From Macrostomum hystrix (taxonomy: Eukaryota; Animalia; Platyhelminthes): a stretch of 64,000 bases of DNA. The notes beneath the pieces were generated by a model. The model made no database searches. It was not told the origin of the DNA and was given only the letters and a program-made list of their open reading frames with translations. Each line of letters starts with the position of its first letter. Position 1 is the stretch's first letter. Where the stretch lies: contig CATNEN010000002.1 in NCBI GenBank assembly GCA_950097015.1, positions 1,612,001-1,676,000 on the forward strand. Reading direction: 5' to 3'. This document shows positions 12,327 through 39,984 of the stretch, in pieces. Made by a program: the position numbers and the translations under genes.

Positions 12327-13948
12327 TTAGCGACTGTTTAAACCTCGATTGGCGCGGGCATTTCCATGACTTCCTCGGCCTCGGAGGCATTGCTGAACGA
12401 CGAGTCCGCAGGCATGAAGTCGGTCAAAGTGAACTCGTTCAACTCGGTCATTGTGTCCGGCTTTGGGAAGTTTTTTGCGGGGTTTCAGCTATCCATTTTT
12501 AAACGTAAATAAAGAAAATAAATTCACGCCGGTACTCTATTTTTAGAGTCTGTGGGTACGCTTGTGGAGTCTGTGGGTACGCTTGTGGAGTCTGTGGGTA
12601 TACGCTTGTGGAGTCTGTGGGTACGCTTGTGGAGTCTGTGGGTACACTTGTGGAGTCTGTGGGTACGCTTGTAGAAGTCTGTGGGTACGCTTGTGGAGTC
12701 TGTGGGTACGCTTGTGGAGTCTGTGGGTACGCTTGTGGAGTCTGTGGGTACGCTTGTGGAGTCTGTGGGTACGCTTGTGGAGTCTGTGGGTACATTTTTG
12801 TCTGCTTATATTTATCGGCCGTACGAAACTTTGTGGGCATTGAAACCCAGGTTTGATGATATGTAATTGTAACATTCATAATTACTTACAGGCATCTCCA
12901 TTGGTGGCAGAACATAGTGACCGCATTGTGATTTTGCTGAAAAATGTATTTTAAAAAAAGACAGTAAAAATATGTGTGAAAATCCTGATCTATAAATTTC
13001 CTGTTCACAAAAGTTACTGACTTACTCTGATAGCAGCTAGCAACAAATATGACTATCAATACAGCAGCAGCAATGGCGGCTGCTGTAAGGACAGCAACCA
13101 ATGGAAATACAGCTGCATGAGTCACTGGCTTTTCCTGCCAGCCTCTCTGTAGAAAAACGCAAAAGTGCATGTGTACTTTCAGAAATTTGCATATGAATTG
13201 TTAAATTTCCAATGAATCTAATTGAACAAACACTTACAATGAATATAGTCAGAATTCCATCAGAAATTTTGAATTTAACAACTTGTTCTATCGAAAGATC
13301 ATTATGAACACCTGGAAGCTGAATTTCAGCAACTCCATGTGTGATGTTGTTGTACCTCGTAAGACTCAGGAGTTGCTGTCAATTTTTGTATGAAATATAT
13401 CTTTCTGAGTTATTATATAACATATAGTGATGAAACAATACGAAACTTAAAACAACTAATACTGATAAATGCCTTCAAATTATATGTAAAAAAACTACCT
13501 GTCAAGAAACAATTTTGCAAAGAAAACTATGCATTATAATCATACATTGCTAACAACATTTTTCATCAAAGATTTACATTTAAGTTTAGGTCAATTAGGT
13601 TTAAGTATGAATAAAAACTAAAATACTTATTCAGACAAATAATTATTCCACCTTAGATCTGCTAGCAACAAAAAAATAAAAACTTACACTGCCAATCAAT
13701 ACAATCTTAACGCTTCGAAAATCATCAGGTAGACGAATTGAAGGAGAGTCAACATTCTGCAACCTTGAATTAAAACATTCTTTTGGTGGATGATCAAATT
13801 CTAATAAAGTGTCGTGCAATTCGATAGAATATGTTTGTAGTTCAGCTATTGATACAGAGCATATGTAAAACCAAAGCAAAACAAATATAGCCCATCTATA
13901 ATAAGACGAGCACCACCGTTGACACTCTAATCGCAAACCAATTAGCAT
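12327..13948 (-). CDS. Small type I membrane protein (~242 aa), no recognised domain
   Basis: Exons 13948-13688, 13375-13238, 13146-13026, 12936-12890 and 12488-12327 join in phase, with four gtaagt donors. Hydrophobic N-terminal segment (WAIFVLLWFYICSVSIA) and TM helix AAVFPLVAVLTAAAIAAAVLIVIFVA. Frame of the last exon is less certain. Confidence 0.65.
12548..12795. repeat. Intronic minisatellite, 21-bp unit gagtctgtgggtacgcttgtg
   Basis: About 12 tandem copies in intron 4 of the membrane-protein gene. Confidence 0.95.
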
Positions 13949-15468
13949 TGCATCTGCATATAACTTTCATGAAACAGATAACCTTTTACAGATAACAGAT
14001 AACATTATTAAAAAATCGGAAAATCATGCCGATATCGAATACAACGCGCGTTTACACTAACTACAGTTCAAAACCGATTTCCTAGACATACTTGAACTAT
14101 GGCACTTATAATACAGTTTGTGAGTAAACTGCACAATTTTGCACAATTTTATTATTTAGAAACGTTTTGTTCTTTAAATATGTATTACACTTTGTTTAAA
14201 AATTATTCTGTGGTTTTTTAACTTAACCTACTGAGTTTTGTAAGAAACGGAATTTTATTATATTGATTGTTGTTGTTTTCATTGTCGACGTCGTCGAAGG
14301 GTTGCAAGCAAGCCACAGGCCTGCTTGTATTCGAGCCGAACTTGAAACCATATCAGAAAAATAACAATTTTGATTGGGTCATGACACGCACATCATTAGT
14401 GCGTTATAGGTACAGAATAATGTATAGTATGGCTAAAACTGTAGTATAATATAGTACATAAAAATTGATTAAACATTTAGACTCAAGTAGTCAAAATTAA
14501 CATAATTTCTCTTGATTCAAAATTCTTAGGTACGGTTTATTTTAGTAGGCCTATCTCATATTTATTATTTTAGTCATTTGTCAGAAACTTGGTACTTTAC
14601 TATTTGTTTGCATGCCTAAATAAATATCAAATATGTTTTAACATAAATCGTTATATATATATATATACATTGTCAATATAATGTACAGTAACATTTTTTA
14701 ATCAGGCAAAATCGTCACATCTAATTTATTAGGCAGCTATACTGTTCCAAAGACATAAAGAAAAGAAGTTGTCTTGTTGGTTTACCCTGATTGGTAACAC
14801 TTCACCTCTGTACCACCACATTGAGTCTTTTTGCAGTTGAACTGTCCAATTCTGCAAACTAAATTTAAGGCTCCTTCTGAACCTTAGACAAAAATAACCT
14901 ATCACACACTCTAATAAAACATTTTAATTCTGAATGTTGATGAACTATAACAAACTATTCTGCTGTTAGTATTTTAGCAAAATGATGACTTGATGATTTT
15001 ATCAAACTAATTCTGAAACTAAAGGATAACAAGGTCTTTTAAATATTAATGCAAACACATTAATCTGGGATCACTACTTACTAGTAGGATAGCTCTTTGT
15101 AAATAAGTTTAAATGCTGCTTGTATACCAAAATTGTCATAATAAGTGCACAGAATCAAGCTAGATCTAACTCGTCATCTTAGATAGCTAGCTAACAAAAA
15201 TATACAAAATTAAACTATTTATGTGGTACAAGTATTTAAATTAAAAATCTGGTAATTGACAAGTACATTTATTTACAATATATTTAAGTACAGGTCTACT
15301 CTTTGAGTATGTATTATATTTAATTTAAAATTTGTCAGACATTAATTGTGGGAATTACATTTAGGATAATACACTTTACTTATGTAGATGTCTATCTGTA
15401 ATTTTTTTAGCTATAGCTAAAAAGAATTTTTCTATCAATAAATTCCAGAAGGCATTAGCTGTTAAAGA

Positions 15469-16041
15469 ATGATCAAAGCAATCCTGATCTTCAACAACCA
15501 TGGCAAGCCTCGCCTATCCAAATTCTATGTTCACTATGCTGAAGATCTTCAGCAGCAGATCATCAGGGAGACATTCCAGCTAGTATCAAAGCGAGACGAC
15601 AATGTCTGCAACTTCCTGGAGGGCGGTACTCTGATTGGTGGTCAGGACTACAAGCTTATCTATCGCCACTATGCCACTCTGTACTTTGTCTTCTGCGTTG
15701 ATTCTTCCGAGTCCGAGCTAGGCATCCTCGACCTGATCCAAGTGTTTGTTGAAACACTGGACAAATCCTTCGAGAATGTATGCGAATTGGATCTGATATT
15801 TCATGTTGACCGGGTGCACAGCATCCTGAACGAGTTGGTGATGGGTGGAATGGTCCTGGAGACAAACATGTCTGAGATTCTCAGCCGCTACGAGGAGCAG
15901 CAGAAACTGGAGAAGTCTGAAGCTGGCCTGAGCGCTGCTCCAGCCAGAGCAGTCTCAGCGATGAAGGACATGAACCTGCCACAGAAGATCAAAGATATGA
16001 AGATGCCAGATCTGCCTAATTTCTCTTCGCTCTATCAGTGA
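15469..16041 (+). CDS. AP3S: AP-3 adaptor complex subunit sigma (intronless CDS, 190 aa)
   Basis: MIKAILIFNNHGKPRLSKFY, YRHYATLYFVFCVDSSESELGILDLIQVFVETLDK, CELDLIFH and the C-terminal AGLSAAPARAVSA tail diagnostic of sigma-3. Confidence 0.97.
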   Translation: MIKAILIFNNHGKPRLSKFYVHYAEDLQQQIIRETFQLVSKRDDNVCNFLEGGTLIGGQDYKLIYRHYATLYFVFCVDSSESELGILDLIQVFVETLDKSFENVCELDLIFHVDRVHSILNELVMGGMVLETNMSEILSRYEEQQKLEKSEAGLSAAPARAVSAMKDMNLPQKIKDMKMPDLPNFSSLYQ

Positions 16042-16429
16042 TGTGCTGGTTGTTCTTTTTTCAAGTCGCATTCACTAACCATTGCTACTTCGTCAAAGAA
16101 TTATTATTAAAAAAATTGCCTTATTTATAAGCTTTTTATTTGTGAAAGTTGGTAGACACCCCTGCAGATTTTTGGCGCCTAATATTTTGGCTTGATCAAT
16201 GAATTTAGAGAAATTTGCTTCAGGGTGTCCATAGTGGTCTAGTTCCACCCTGTTGTAACCTTTGAAGGTCCAGCACTTCGACCAGAACCATTGAATATAT
16301 GGACGGTCTGAAAAGCTGGCGAATTGATTCTTGTTTCAGAAGATGCGCAAAAAAAGTTGGCCCCGTGTTCTCCAAGGGCCAATTAAAATTCAATTAAAAT
16401 TGTTTCTTGTCCTCTATCGACACAATTAC

Positions 16430-16600
16430 CTCCACTTTGCTTCAGTTCACCCAGCTGATTAAATTGTGTAATTGAGGGTGGGTGTGGCGTCCCCCAGTCC
16501 CTGGACTGAACAGCCGTACGCAGCCTTCAGATCCACCGTGTAATAGCTGCGACTGTGCAGTCGGCTGCACATCTGGCCCAACTGCGCAGATGTACTCGTA
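16430..16600 (+). mobile_element. SINE family A, 5'-truncated
   Basis: ttcagttcacccagctg...cagtccctggactgaacagccgtacgcagcc...cggctgcacatctggcccaa. Confidence 0.75.
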
Positions 16601-17673
16601 ATCAGGCAAGAAAAAATATCATAGTTTTTTGTGATCTATAATTTAAAAGTCCAGTTCTGAAATTTGTGCGCCGTCAAACCTAAAGTTTTGTGACTTTGTG
16701 AACTTAAGTCTAATATATTTTTTGTGTAGTTTTTCCTCTGAGTTTGGTCATTCCATCTGTTTATATGTTGCAATTACTGCTTTTGTTATAGTTAATTAGT
16801 TTGTTAAATTCTCAAACTGGTGTGTACTCCGGAACTGCTTGACACAGCGCGTTGATTCTCCGATCCAAGCTCTTTAGCCCCACAGCTCGTTGTTTGGCGT
16901 TGTTTATTTATAACTATGAAATAACTGAGCCAAAGTCTTCTGCAAGTGGGGCTTGAGTGATAGAGCCGGAACAATGTCTTATAAATAGCCTGTTTAAACA
17001 AATAGTTTAGTATTTTGTGTCTGTCCTTTGTTGGTTGTCGGGTTGATCTCTTAATATTTTTTTGGTTTCAAGAAATACCTCAGGATTTACCTGAGGATAA
17101 ATTATTATTTTTATTTTAAGAAGTTCTTGTCAATAAAAAGTGTATTAGACAATGTTTTCGAACATATTAAATGTACTTAATAAGAATAGAATTTAATTGT
17201 TTGCATCGTATGATTTTTCTGATTGTCATTTTTACTATAAAGAAATTTGGTTACGGTTCTATTAATTCTTTAACAATTGCAGTTTTTGTTTTAAAATATT
17301 ATTGCTGTGCGCATTACCGTTAAATAAAAATTTTCGAAAATGTGATTTTAAAATTGTAATTTAAATTCGCGCCAATCAATCGACAATTTTCGCGCAGATT
17401 TAAATTTGTATATAGGTAACACATCAAAAGACGGTATTCTTGTTTGATTTCTATGATTGGCATCAAAGCAATATTTTTTTAATGTCTATTTCGTGTTGTT
17501 GCTTCCGGTATTTTTTGCTTTTTGCTTTTTTTTTCGTACGTGACACTTTGTTTGTCTGATGTTGTTTGACCTTTGTGTTTTTTCGCCGCGGCGTGTACAT
17601 GTAATATCTTTGAAAAAGAAATAAATAATACCGAAGTTAATTAGTTGCTATGAAGCTTCTTTGAAAATTATTC

Positions 17674-17992
17674 ATGATTCTGAGTCTAAAAGTAAAAAAG
17701 CTCGCAGAACAACAGCGTTACAATTCAAAACGTTTTTTTGTTAAACATTTATTGCAGGAACAGGTCGGCAATAGCAAATGTAAGTTAAAATTTAGTTACA
17801 CATTAACCTCCCAATTCGATAAATGACGTCATTAAAAATAATTTCCCTCAACTCTAGTGAAGTGCAATTTAAGTAATGAGATATGTGAGGTAATGATAAA
17901 CTAAAACATCTGTGAATGATGAAGGATAGGTCATAGTTTAATACCACTTGGACCTTCATTGACGAGATTGTTAAAAAATATCGTGATGAAAA
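17674..17992 (+). CDS. Possible small multi-exon gene (5' exons), unidentified
   Basis: ATG at 17674; exons 17674-17779, 17858-17889 and 17937-17992 chain in phase with gtaagt/gtaatg/gtatgc donors. No homology recognised. Confidence 0.3.
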
Positions 17993-18026
17993 GTATGCAA
18001 ATTTATGGGATATTCGATTTTTTCCG

Positions 18027-19265
18027 ATGTCTGTCTGTGTAACATGTGTGTCTAACAGGTTGTTGGGTCTGTCTGTCTGTGTAACATGTGTGTCTAACAG
18101 GTTGTTGGGTCTGTCTGTCTGTGTAACATGTGTGTCTAACAGGTTGTTGGGTCTGTCTGTCTGTGTAACATGTGTGTCTAACAGGTTGTTGGGTCTGTCT
18201 GTCTGTGTAACATGTGTGTCTAACAGGTTGTTGGGTCTGTCTGTCTGTGTAACATGTGTGTCTAACAGGTTGTTGGGTCTGTCTGTCTGTGTAACATGTG
18301 TGTCTAACAGGTTGTTGGGTCTGTCTGTCTGTGTAACATGTGTGTCTAACAGGTTGTTGGATCTGTCTGTCTGTGTAACATGTGTGTCTAACAGGTTGTT
18401 GGCGCTGTCTGTCTGTGTAACATGTGTGTCTAACAGGTTGTTGGGTCTGTCTGTCTGTGTAACATGTGTGTCTAACAGGTTGTTGGGTCTGTCTGTCTGT
18501 GTAACATGTGTATCTAACAGGTTGTTGGCGCTGTCTGTCTGTGTAACATGTGTGTCTAACAGGTTGTTGGGTCTGTCTGTCTGTGTAACATGTGTGTCTA
18601 ACAGTTTGTTGGGTCTGTCTGTGTAACATGTGTGTCTAACAGTTTGTTGGGTCTGTCTGTGTAACATGTGTGTCTAACAGGTTGTTGGGTCTGTCTGTCT
18701 GTGTAACATGTGTGTCTAACAGGTTGTTGGGTCTGTCTGTCTGTGTAACATGTGTGTCTAACAGGTTGTTGGGTTTGTCTGTCTGTGTAACATGTGTGTC
18801 TAACAGGTTGTTGGGTCTGTCTGTCTGTGTAACATGTGTGTCTAACAGGTTGTTGGGTCTGTCTGTCTGTGTAACATGTGTGTCTAACAGGTTGTTGGGT
18901 CTGTCTGTCTGTGTAACATGTGTGTCTAACAGGTTGTTGGGTCTGTCTGTCTGTGTAACATGTGTGTCTAACAGGTTGTTGGGTCTGTCTGTCTGTGTAA
19001 CATGTGTGTCTAACAGGTTGTTGGGTCTGTCTGTCTGTGTAACATGTGTGTCTAACAGGTTGTTGGGTCTGTCTGTCTGTGTAACATGTGTGTCTAACAG
19101 GTTGTTGGGTCTGTCTGTCTGTGTAACATGTGTGTCTAACAGGTTGTTGGGTCTGTCTGTCTGTGTAACATGTGTGTCTAACAGGTTGTTGGGTCTGTCT
19201 GTCTGTGTAACATGTGTGTCTAACAGGTTGTTGGCGCTGTCTGTCTGTGTAACATGTGTATAACA
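18027..19265. repeat. Minisatellite, 39-bp unit (…gtctgtctgtctgtgtaacatgtgtgtctaacaggttgttgg…)
   Basis: About 31 near-identical copies; the unit is a multiple of 3, producing spurious long ORFs. Confidence 0.97.
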
Positions 19266-19959
19266 GGTGAGTAACAGGTGAGTAACAAAAGGCATAATTT
19301 AACATCTTGATTATTTACAAGTAATATTTTTATCACGAATAGTAAGAAATAATCTGTATCGGCATAATATTTTCACGGGCAAGTTGCAAAGGAAGACAGT
19401 TTGTAGACTGCATGACCAATTAGTCCAATGGATAATTTAATATGCAACTGTGTTGTTGTCTAGGGAAGATAGTCAATAGGCAACTAAATTAACAGTAGAA
19501 CTACCAATGGGGGAATTCCCTGGGGGAATTGTGTTGCACCCGAACGGAGCAGGCTATTCCTACTGTCCAACAACAAATCATTAACCTATCGATTGATAAA
19601 AAAGTGGATAGCAACATTTTCTATTGCGTTTGAATTGGCGCGCATATAAAGAATCAGGCAGTTCCTGCTGAGTTGGCAGCGACGCCCGGCGTCAGCGATC
19701 GTCTTCGGCGATCGCGTGGGCGCAGCGGCTCCGGCATCAGGCTGACTCGGGGCGTGAGAAAACTGTCTGAGTCCGGTGTGCTCTCTGTGGGACAGTGCGA
19801 CGATTTTCACTGAGGGATTCCATTTCTCAATAAATTGAGGCTAGGCTACTACAAGTAATCTACAGCGAGTTTTAGAGAAAACTACATGATGTTTTATTAG
19901 CAAAAAAACACCAAAAATAATTCCCTTAACTTTGTTCCTGAATGACACCGCTACTCACT

Positions 19960-20650
19960 ATCACCCAGCTATCCCACAACTCTATCCACAGTTATCCCAC
20001 AACTCTATCCACAGTTATCCCACAACTCTATCCACAGTTATCCCACAACTCTATCCACAGTTATCCCACGACTCTATCCACAGTTATCCCACAACTCTAT
20101 CCACAGTTATCCCACGACTCTATCCACAATTATCCCTCAACTCTATCTACAGTTATCCCACGACTCTATCCACAGTTATCCCACAGCTCTATCCACAGTT
20201 ATCCCACGACTCTATCCACAATTATCCCACAACTCTATCCAAAATTATCCCACAACTCTATCTACAGTTATCCCACAACTCTATCCACAATTATCCCACA
20301 ACTCTATCTACAGTTATCCCACAACTCTATCTACAGTTATCCCTCGACTCTATCCACAATTATCCTACAACTCTATCCACAGTTATCCCACAACTCTATC
20401 TACAGTTATCCCACACCTCTATCCACAATTATCCCACAACTCTGTCCACAGTTATCCCACAACTCTATCTACAGTTATCCCACAACTCTATCCACAATTA
20501 TCCCATAACTCTATCCACAGTTATCCCTCAACTCTCTCCACAGTTTTCCCACAACTCTATCTACAGTTATCCCACGACTCTATCCACAATTATCCTACAA
20601 CTATATCCATAGTTATCCCACAATTCTATCCCTAGTTATCCCACAGCAAC
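19960..20650. repeat. Minisatellite, 23-bp unit ctctatccacagttatcccacaa
   Basis: About 30 tandem copies. Confidence 0.95.
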
Positions 20651-21529
20651 ATCCCAAATTATTCCGAAAATATACTCCCCATCATCCCAAGAATATATTT
20701 CCCCCATCCCACATATCTATTCTAAATTATCCCGCAATTCTTCCATCCTATTTTTTAGCTCAACGTTAAAACCTCCTTACGAATTGTGTTGCCTAAAAGT
20801 TTCGTAAAGACTTATTTGGTTAAAAATCTTCGACAAAATTTAAAACAAATAAAAATCTAGAAACATTTGAACATTGGATCTAAATAAAAATTGTTAGGCT
20901 TGCACGTTTAAAGTGCGTACGTTTAAGTACTAAAGTACATCGTGAATTTAAGGTGTCTCCTAGTAGTACGTTGGCACCGTGCATCTTAAAACAGGGATTA
21001 TTTTAGTGCAGAGAAGGATTTTAGCTCGTAGAAAGCGATTTCACTCGTTTTAAGCACATTTTTTTCTATGCAGATTTGCGCAACTCTACTTGCAGTAGAG
21101 TGGAAATGAAAATACTGCTTTTATGCTAGAGATGCGTGAAAAAAGGACTTATTTACTGTGTAATTATGTTTAAAAGTTTTATTTTAATTAAAAAATGTGT
21201 AATTAACTCGGTGCAAACAAACAAAGACACCAATATAACGTTTCAAAAACAAAAACAATTAAATAAAAAATAAATTGTTTCTCATAGCTAACAAGTAGAT
21301 AAAATTTTACGACACATGAAAAGTATAGTTTTAGTATCACTTATTTACATAATAAACACTGGTTTCGTGCGTAAGATAAATAGGACTAAGTGACTTCTAA
21401 TTGCACAGTGAGTATGGAGCGTTAAAAAATTTTCTGTCTGACTTTTTTGTTTTGTATTTTCTATTAATTTTAATTAAAAGCAAAAACTGTTAATTTTATA
21501 ATCTCTAGTTTTACGAGTTTGAGTAGAGT

Positions 21530-22350
21530 ATTCCCCTGAAGGTTTTTGGGGAGTTGTCACCTGAAGGTTTTTGGGGAGTTGTCACCTGAAGGTTTGGGGA
21601 GTTGTCACCTGAAGGTTTGGGGAGTTGTCACCTGAAGGTTCGGGGAGTTTTCACCTGAAGGTTTTTGGGGAGTTGTCACCTGAAGGTTTATAGGTATAGG
21701 TCACCTGAAGGCTTTTGGGGAGTTGTCACCTGAAGATTTGGGGAGTTGTCACCTGAAGGTTTGGGGAGTTGTCACCTGAAGGTTTGGGGAGTTGTCACCT
21801 GAAGGCTTTTTGGGGAGTTGTCACCTGAAGGCTTTTGGGGAGTTGTCACCTGAAGGTTTGGGGAGTTGTCACCTGAAGGTTTGGGGAGTTGTCACCTGAA
21901 GGTTCGGGGAGTTTTCACCTGAAAGTTTTTGGGGAGTTGTCACCTGAAGGTTTATAGGTATAGGTCACCTGAAGGCTTTTGGGGAGTTGTCACCTGAAGG
22001 TTTTTAGGTATAGGTCACCTGAAGGCTTTTGGGGAGTTGTCACCAGAAGGTTTTTGGGGAGTTGTCACCTGAAGGCTTTTGGGGAGTTGTCACCTGAAGG
22101 TTTTTGCGGAGTTGTCACCTGAAGGCTTTTGCGGAGTTGTCACCTGAAGGCTTTTGGGGAGTTGTCACCTGAAGGTTTTTAGGTATAGGTCACCTGAAGG
22201 CTTTTGGGGAGTTGTCACCTGAAGGCTTGGGGAGTTGTCACCTGAAGGCTTTTGGGGAGTTGTCACCTGAAAGTTTTTGGGGAGTTGTCACCTGAAGGTT
22301 TTTGGGTGGAGTAGTCACCTGAAGTTTTTTGGGGAGTATAGTCCCATGAA
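21530..22350. repeat. Minisatellite, 23-26-bp unit cacctgaaggtttttggggagttgt
   Basis: Tandem copies with variable T-run and a periodic taggtatagg variant. Confidence 0.95.
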
Positions 22351-22977
22351 GGTGTTCGGAACTCAAAGAATTTTTTCAGAACAATGTGACGCTGTACAGT
22401 TCTATTCATGTCTATCTCTGCTTGGTTGTTTATCAAAGTACATTCTAGCCGCACGCTGTAAGCAAATCCAGATTAAACTATATACGATTTTCTACGCGTG
22501 GTTACCAAACATCAGTAGGGCCATGGAATCAGTGGGCGGAGATGCTGGTCTACAGAAGACAGCACCCTCCGCCATCACTGCTGCTGCTGCTGTCGCTGCT
22601 GTCGATGCTGCTGCTGCTTCTGCTGCAGAGAATCAGTGGGACAGATCGGCCAGTTGACATTTTGGGCAACTGCGATGCTCAGTTTGTGAGCAATTCAACC
22701 GTGCCAAGATTTCGAAATATACAAAAAATGTGAAGATACAGAGGACTGCACTCAAACTGCTCAGTGAGACAAACAGGGACAGAGGCGGATTAGGCCTGCT
22801 CTGAAATTGAAATGCTCAATGTCCAGCTGAGCGTATATTAAAATGCTCCCCATGCAGCACCGAGCTAGCACGGCAGTGAAGACTTTCGCATGTGTGCTCA
22901 AAGTTCCTTGAACTCGACTCAAAAGGACCTTATTTAATCAAATTGGTTGCTGAGCCGCGCAAGTCACTTTCAGCTGG

Positions 22978-23195
22978 GCTTTGGGCCAAGGCGCATCATT
23001 TGGTGACACTAGACCCGCAGCCAGCGACGAGACAATTTCACTCATTTCGCTGACTCCTGAGCACACACTCACACAGGTGTGTACATCTGCCCTGACTTTC
23101 TCGTCGTCAGGCAGTGTACAATCTCACTGTGCCTGGGAGGTTGGCCCTCAGGGGCGTAAATTGCACGACAGGCCCCTACAATAAATGTGGCCACT
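22978..23195 (-). mobile_element. SINE family B, partial
   Basis: Shares tttggtgacactagacccgcagccagcg and gtgtacatctgccctgactttctc with 39178-39530. Confidence 0.75.
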
Positions 23196-23928
23196 CTCCT
23201 ATCTAAAGGTGAGAAGATAAACAAAATTAGTACGATTTTACAGTTTATTTACTCAGTTGCTATGCGACATAAAGTCAACTTTATACAGTTTCATGAAATC
23301 GCTGCGTTACATTTCAACTACAATTTGTCCTATCCTGTAAAATTTGAACTATATAGATGAATGCGATGAAATTTCGTGTCAAAGTTTATGTGAATCGAGG
23401 AAATCACAGTGCACGGAGTTATATTGGGCGACGGGAAAATTTTCCTCTTTCCCCCTCTCTGACGTGCAAATTCTGTTGCTGCCCAGAAATGGACTTTGCT
23501 GCAACAGGGATTTCAAGCAGAAAAACCAGCAACCCGAAACTGACTGCCTGTGCTAGCGATGTTCGGAGGAAAATGTTGTGCAGTCAACTTGCCCTTAGTC
23601 ATGCGCTATCGACCATTGGAAGAAATGTAGCAAAGAAAGCTAATAAAGGAAAGATGCCTGCTTTGGCTGCAAAGCGATCGAACCTATCACCGATTGTGAA
23701 AATAACGCGCCTGGAGACGCCCCAGCAACTGCCACCGCCGCGGCGGCGGCCAAAGTGGCTGCGTGGCGGAGACAGCCGAACTTGCACTCGGGCACGGATG
23801 GCAACAGCTGCTGCTGCTGCTGCTGCTGCTGCTTCAGCATTGGCACAGCCTCTGGCACTGTCCCAATAGCCGCGCGCCTGTCTGCTTTACGCTCCGCCCT
23901 AAATGATCTGGAAGCTGCGCAAAATGTG

Positions 23929-38429
<14,501 letters not shown>

Positions 38430-38545
38430 CTTATATATAGAGGATATCGATGTGATGACCGGAGGGATTAAAAAAGGTTGATATTTGTCCCAGCTGCGAG
38501 GTGAGCTGCCGTGCTGGCTAATCCGTTCTGCACGAGAGAGCTTAC

Positions 38546-38728
38546 CCTGCCATCCTCCGACACTTTTATCTTCTCTTCTCCCTAGTCCGCAGTCCCCAGA
38601 AGATCCATTTTTACCGGTTCCCTAATTCCTTCGGACAAAAAACTAGTTGGAGCCAAAGAAAAAAATCATTGCCGCTCGAAGATGGTGACAAATCGATACT
38701 CATCAGAAGCCGAGAGATCTATTTTCTC
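38546..38728 (-). other. Probable 5' UTR exon of the Kv3 gene
   Basis: ttttcag acceptor at 38729 and gtaagc donor at 38545; an AAG acceptor lies immediately before the ATG at 38429. Confidence 0.5.
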
Positions 38729-39177
38729 CTGAAAATTTCGCCATTAATGGCTAACTATCGACTCGATTTGAGACTGCAGTCTACCTACTCAGGAGAGCTG
38801 CCAGAGGGGAATGCCGGCAGAGCCTCGAAAATCAAGACGATCGTGCTTAAGTTAAGAAAATTGAGAAATTCGCGCCAAAGAAGCATAAGATCCAAAAAGA
38901 TTATAAAGTCGAATAACTTTATCGAAATATTAATAAGGGATAAACTTGGTGGTGCTAAGGCGATGCAGAATTAAAAATCACCTGGGAGTACCTTGATTCG
39001 CGAGGCAGCAGATGATTAATTTTAACTTAATTAATAACGAAAATCTCTTGGCGGCTCAGCAATGGAAAGAAAAAAATTTCATACTTTTGCTTCCCTGTCG
39101 ACTTAAAAATGCTCCTATCGATATGCAAATTGTTTCTTAAAATTTACTATCATTTTCCTTGTTCTCATTCCAATAAA

Positions 39178-39530
39178 AAGAATAATAATTGCAGGAGGGC
39201 TGCGGGAAATGGCACATCATTTGGTGACACTAGACCCGCAGCCAGCGAGGAGGCAATTCTGCCCATTTCGCTGAGTCCTGAGCACACACGCACACAGATA
39301 CCGTGCGCAGGCACACGCTCACACATGTGTGTACATCTGCCCTGACTTTCTCATCGTCAGGCAGAGTACACTTTCACTGTGCGCTCAAGGGCGTAAATTG
39401 CAAGACAAATTCACAAGCCTTCTCTCGGTGGCTGCGCCCAAAATGAATGTCGCCTCGTGGCGGAATCGAGCTCAGGGCCATTGGCGCGAGAGGCAAACGC
39501 GTTAAACGCTCTGCCACCGACCACCCTTCC
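39178..39530 (-). mobile_element. tRNA-derived SINE family B, full length, inverted relative to the 34183 and 35545 copies
   Basis: Reverse complement matches 35545-35895 from head to (att)n tail. Confidence 0.8.
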
Positions 39531-39984
39531 CATTACCTTACAATGTCTCTGAAAGCTTTCGTTTCATTTTATTTTACACCGCCTCCCTACGTACGGGTTT
39601 CCCCGTATCTCAACATTGTCGAGATATTCAACGATTCTGTACAATATTTCAACATTTACAATAGCGTTTCGTTTATTCATTCTTTATTGCGTCAAGCTAA
39701 AACCTGTTTTGGACTGGCTGTTAACCTAAATAGTCTGAGATCTTCATTCCACTATGCTTCATGAATGATTAATGATTAATGCATGCTGTTTTTATATCTG
39801 ATAAGACTTAGGAATGAGACTTTACTTTTTCAATTTAGCTTCAGTTGTTCACTCACTCATTTTTGTGCTTTGATAGTTTGCTAGCGAGATAAATTGGCTT
39901 GGTGGAAAATTGGGATTAACTGAGGAATGCGATGTGCCGATTAATTTCACAACTTTCTCTTGAAAGTCAAGTAGCTAACACTAA

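Noticed and set aside
17792-19305. Repetitive ORFs (DTHVTQTDRPNNLL, RHTCYTDRQ)
   Set aside because: Open in several frames on both strands because of the 39-bp unit; not coding evidence.
19960-20650. Cluster of DnaA-box-like TATCCACA motifs suggesting a bacterial origin
   Set aside because: Imperfect matches produced by a 23-bp tandem unit in eukaryotic DNA; no bacterial genes nearby.
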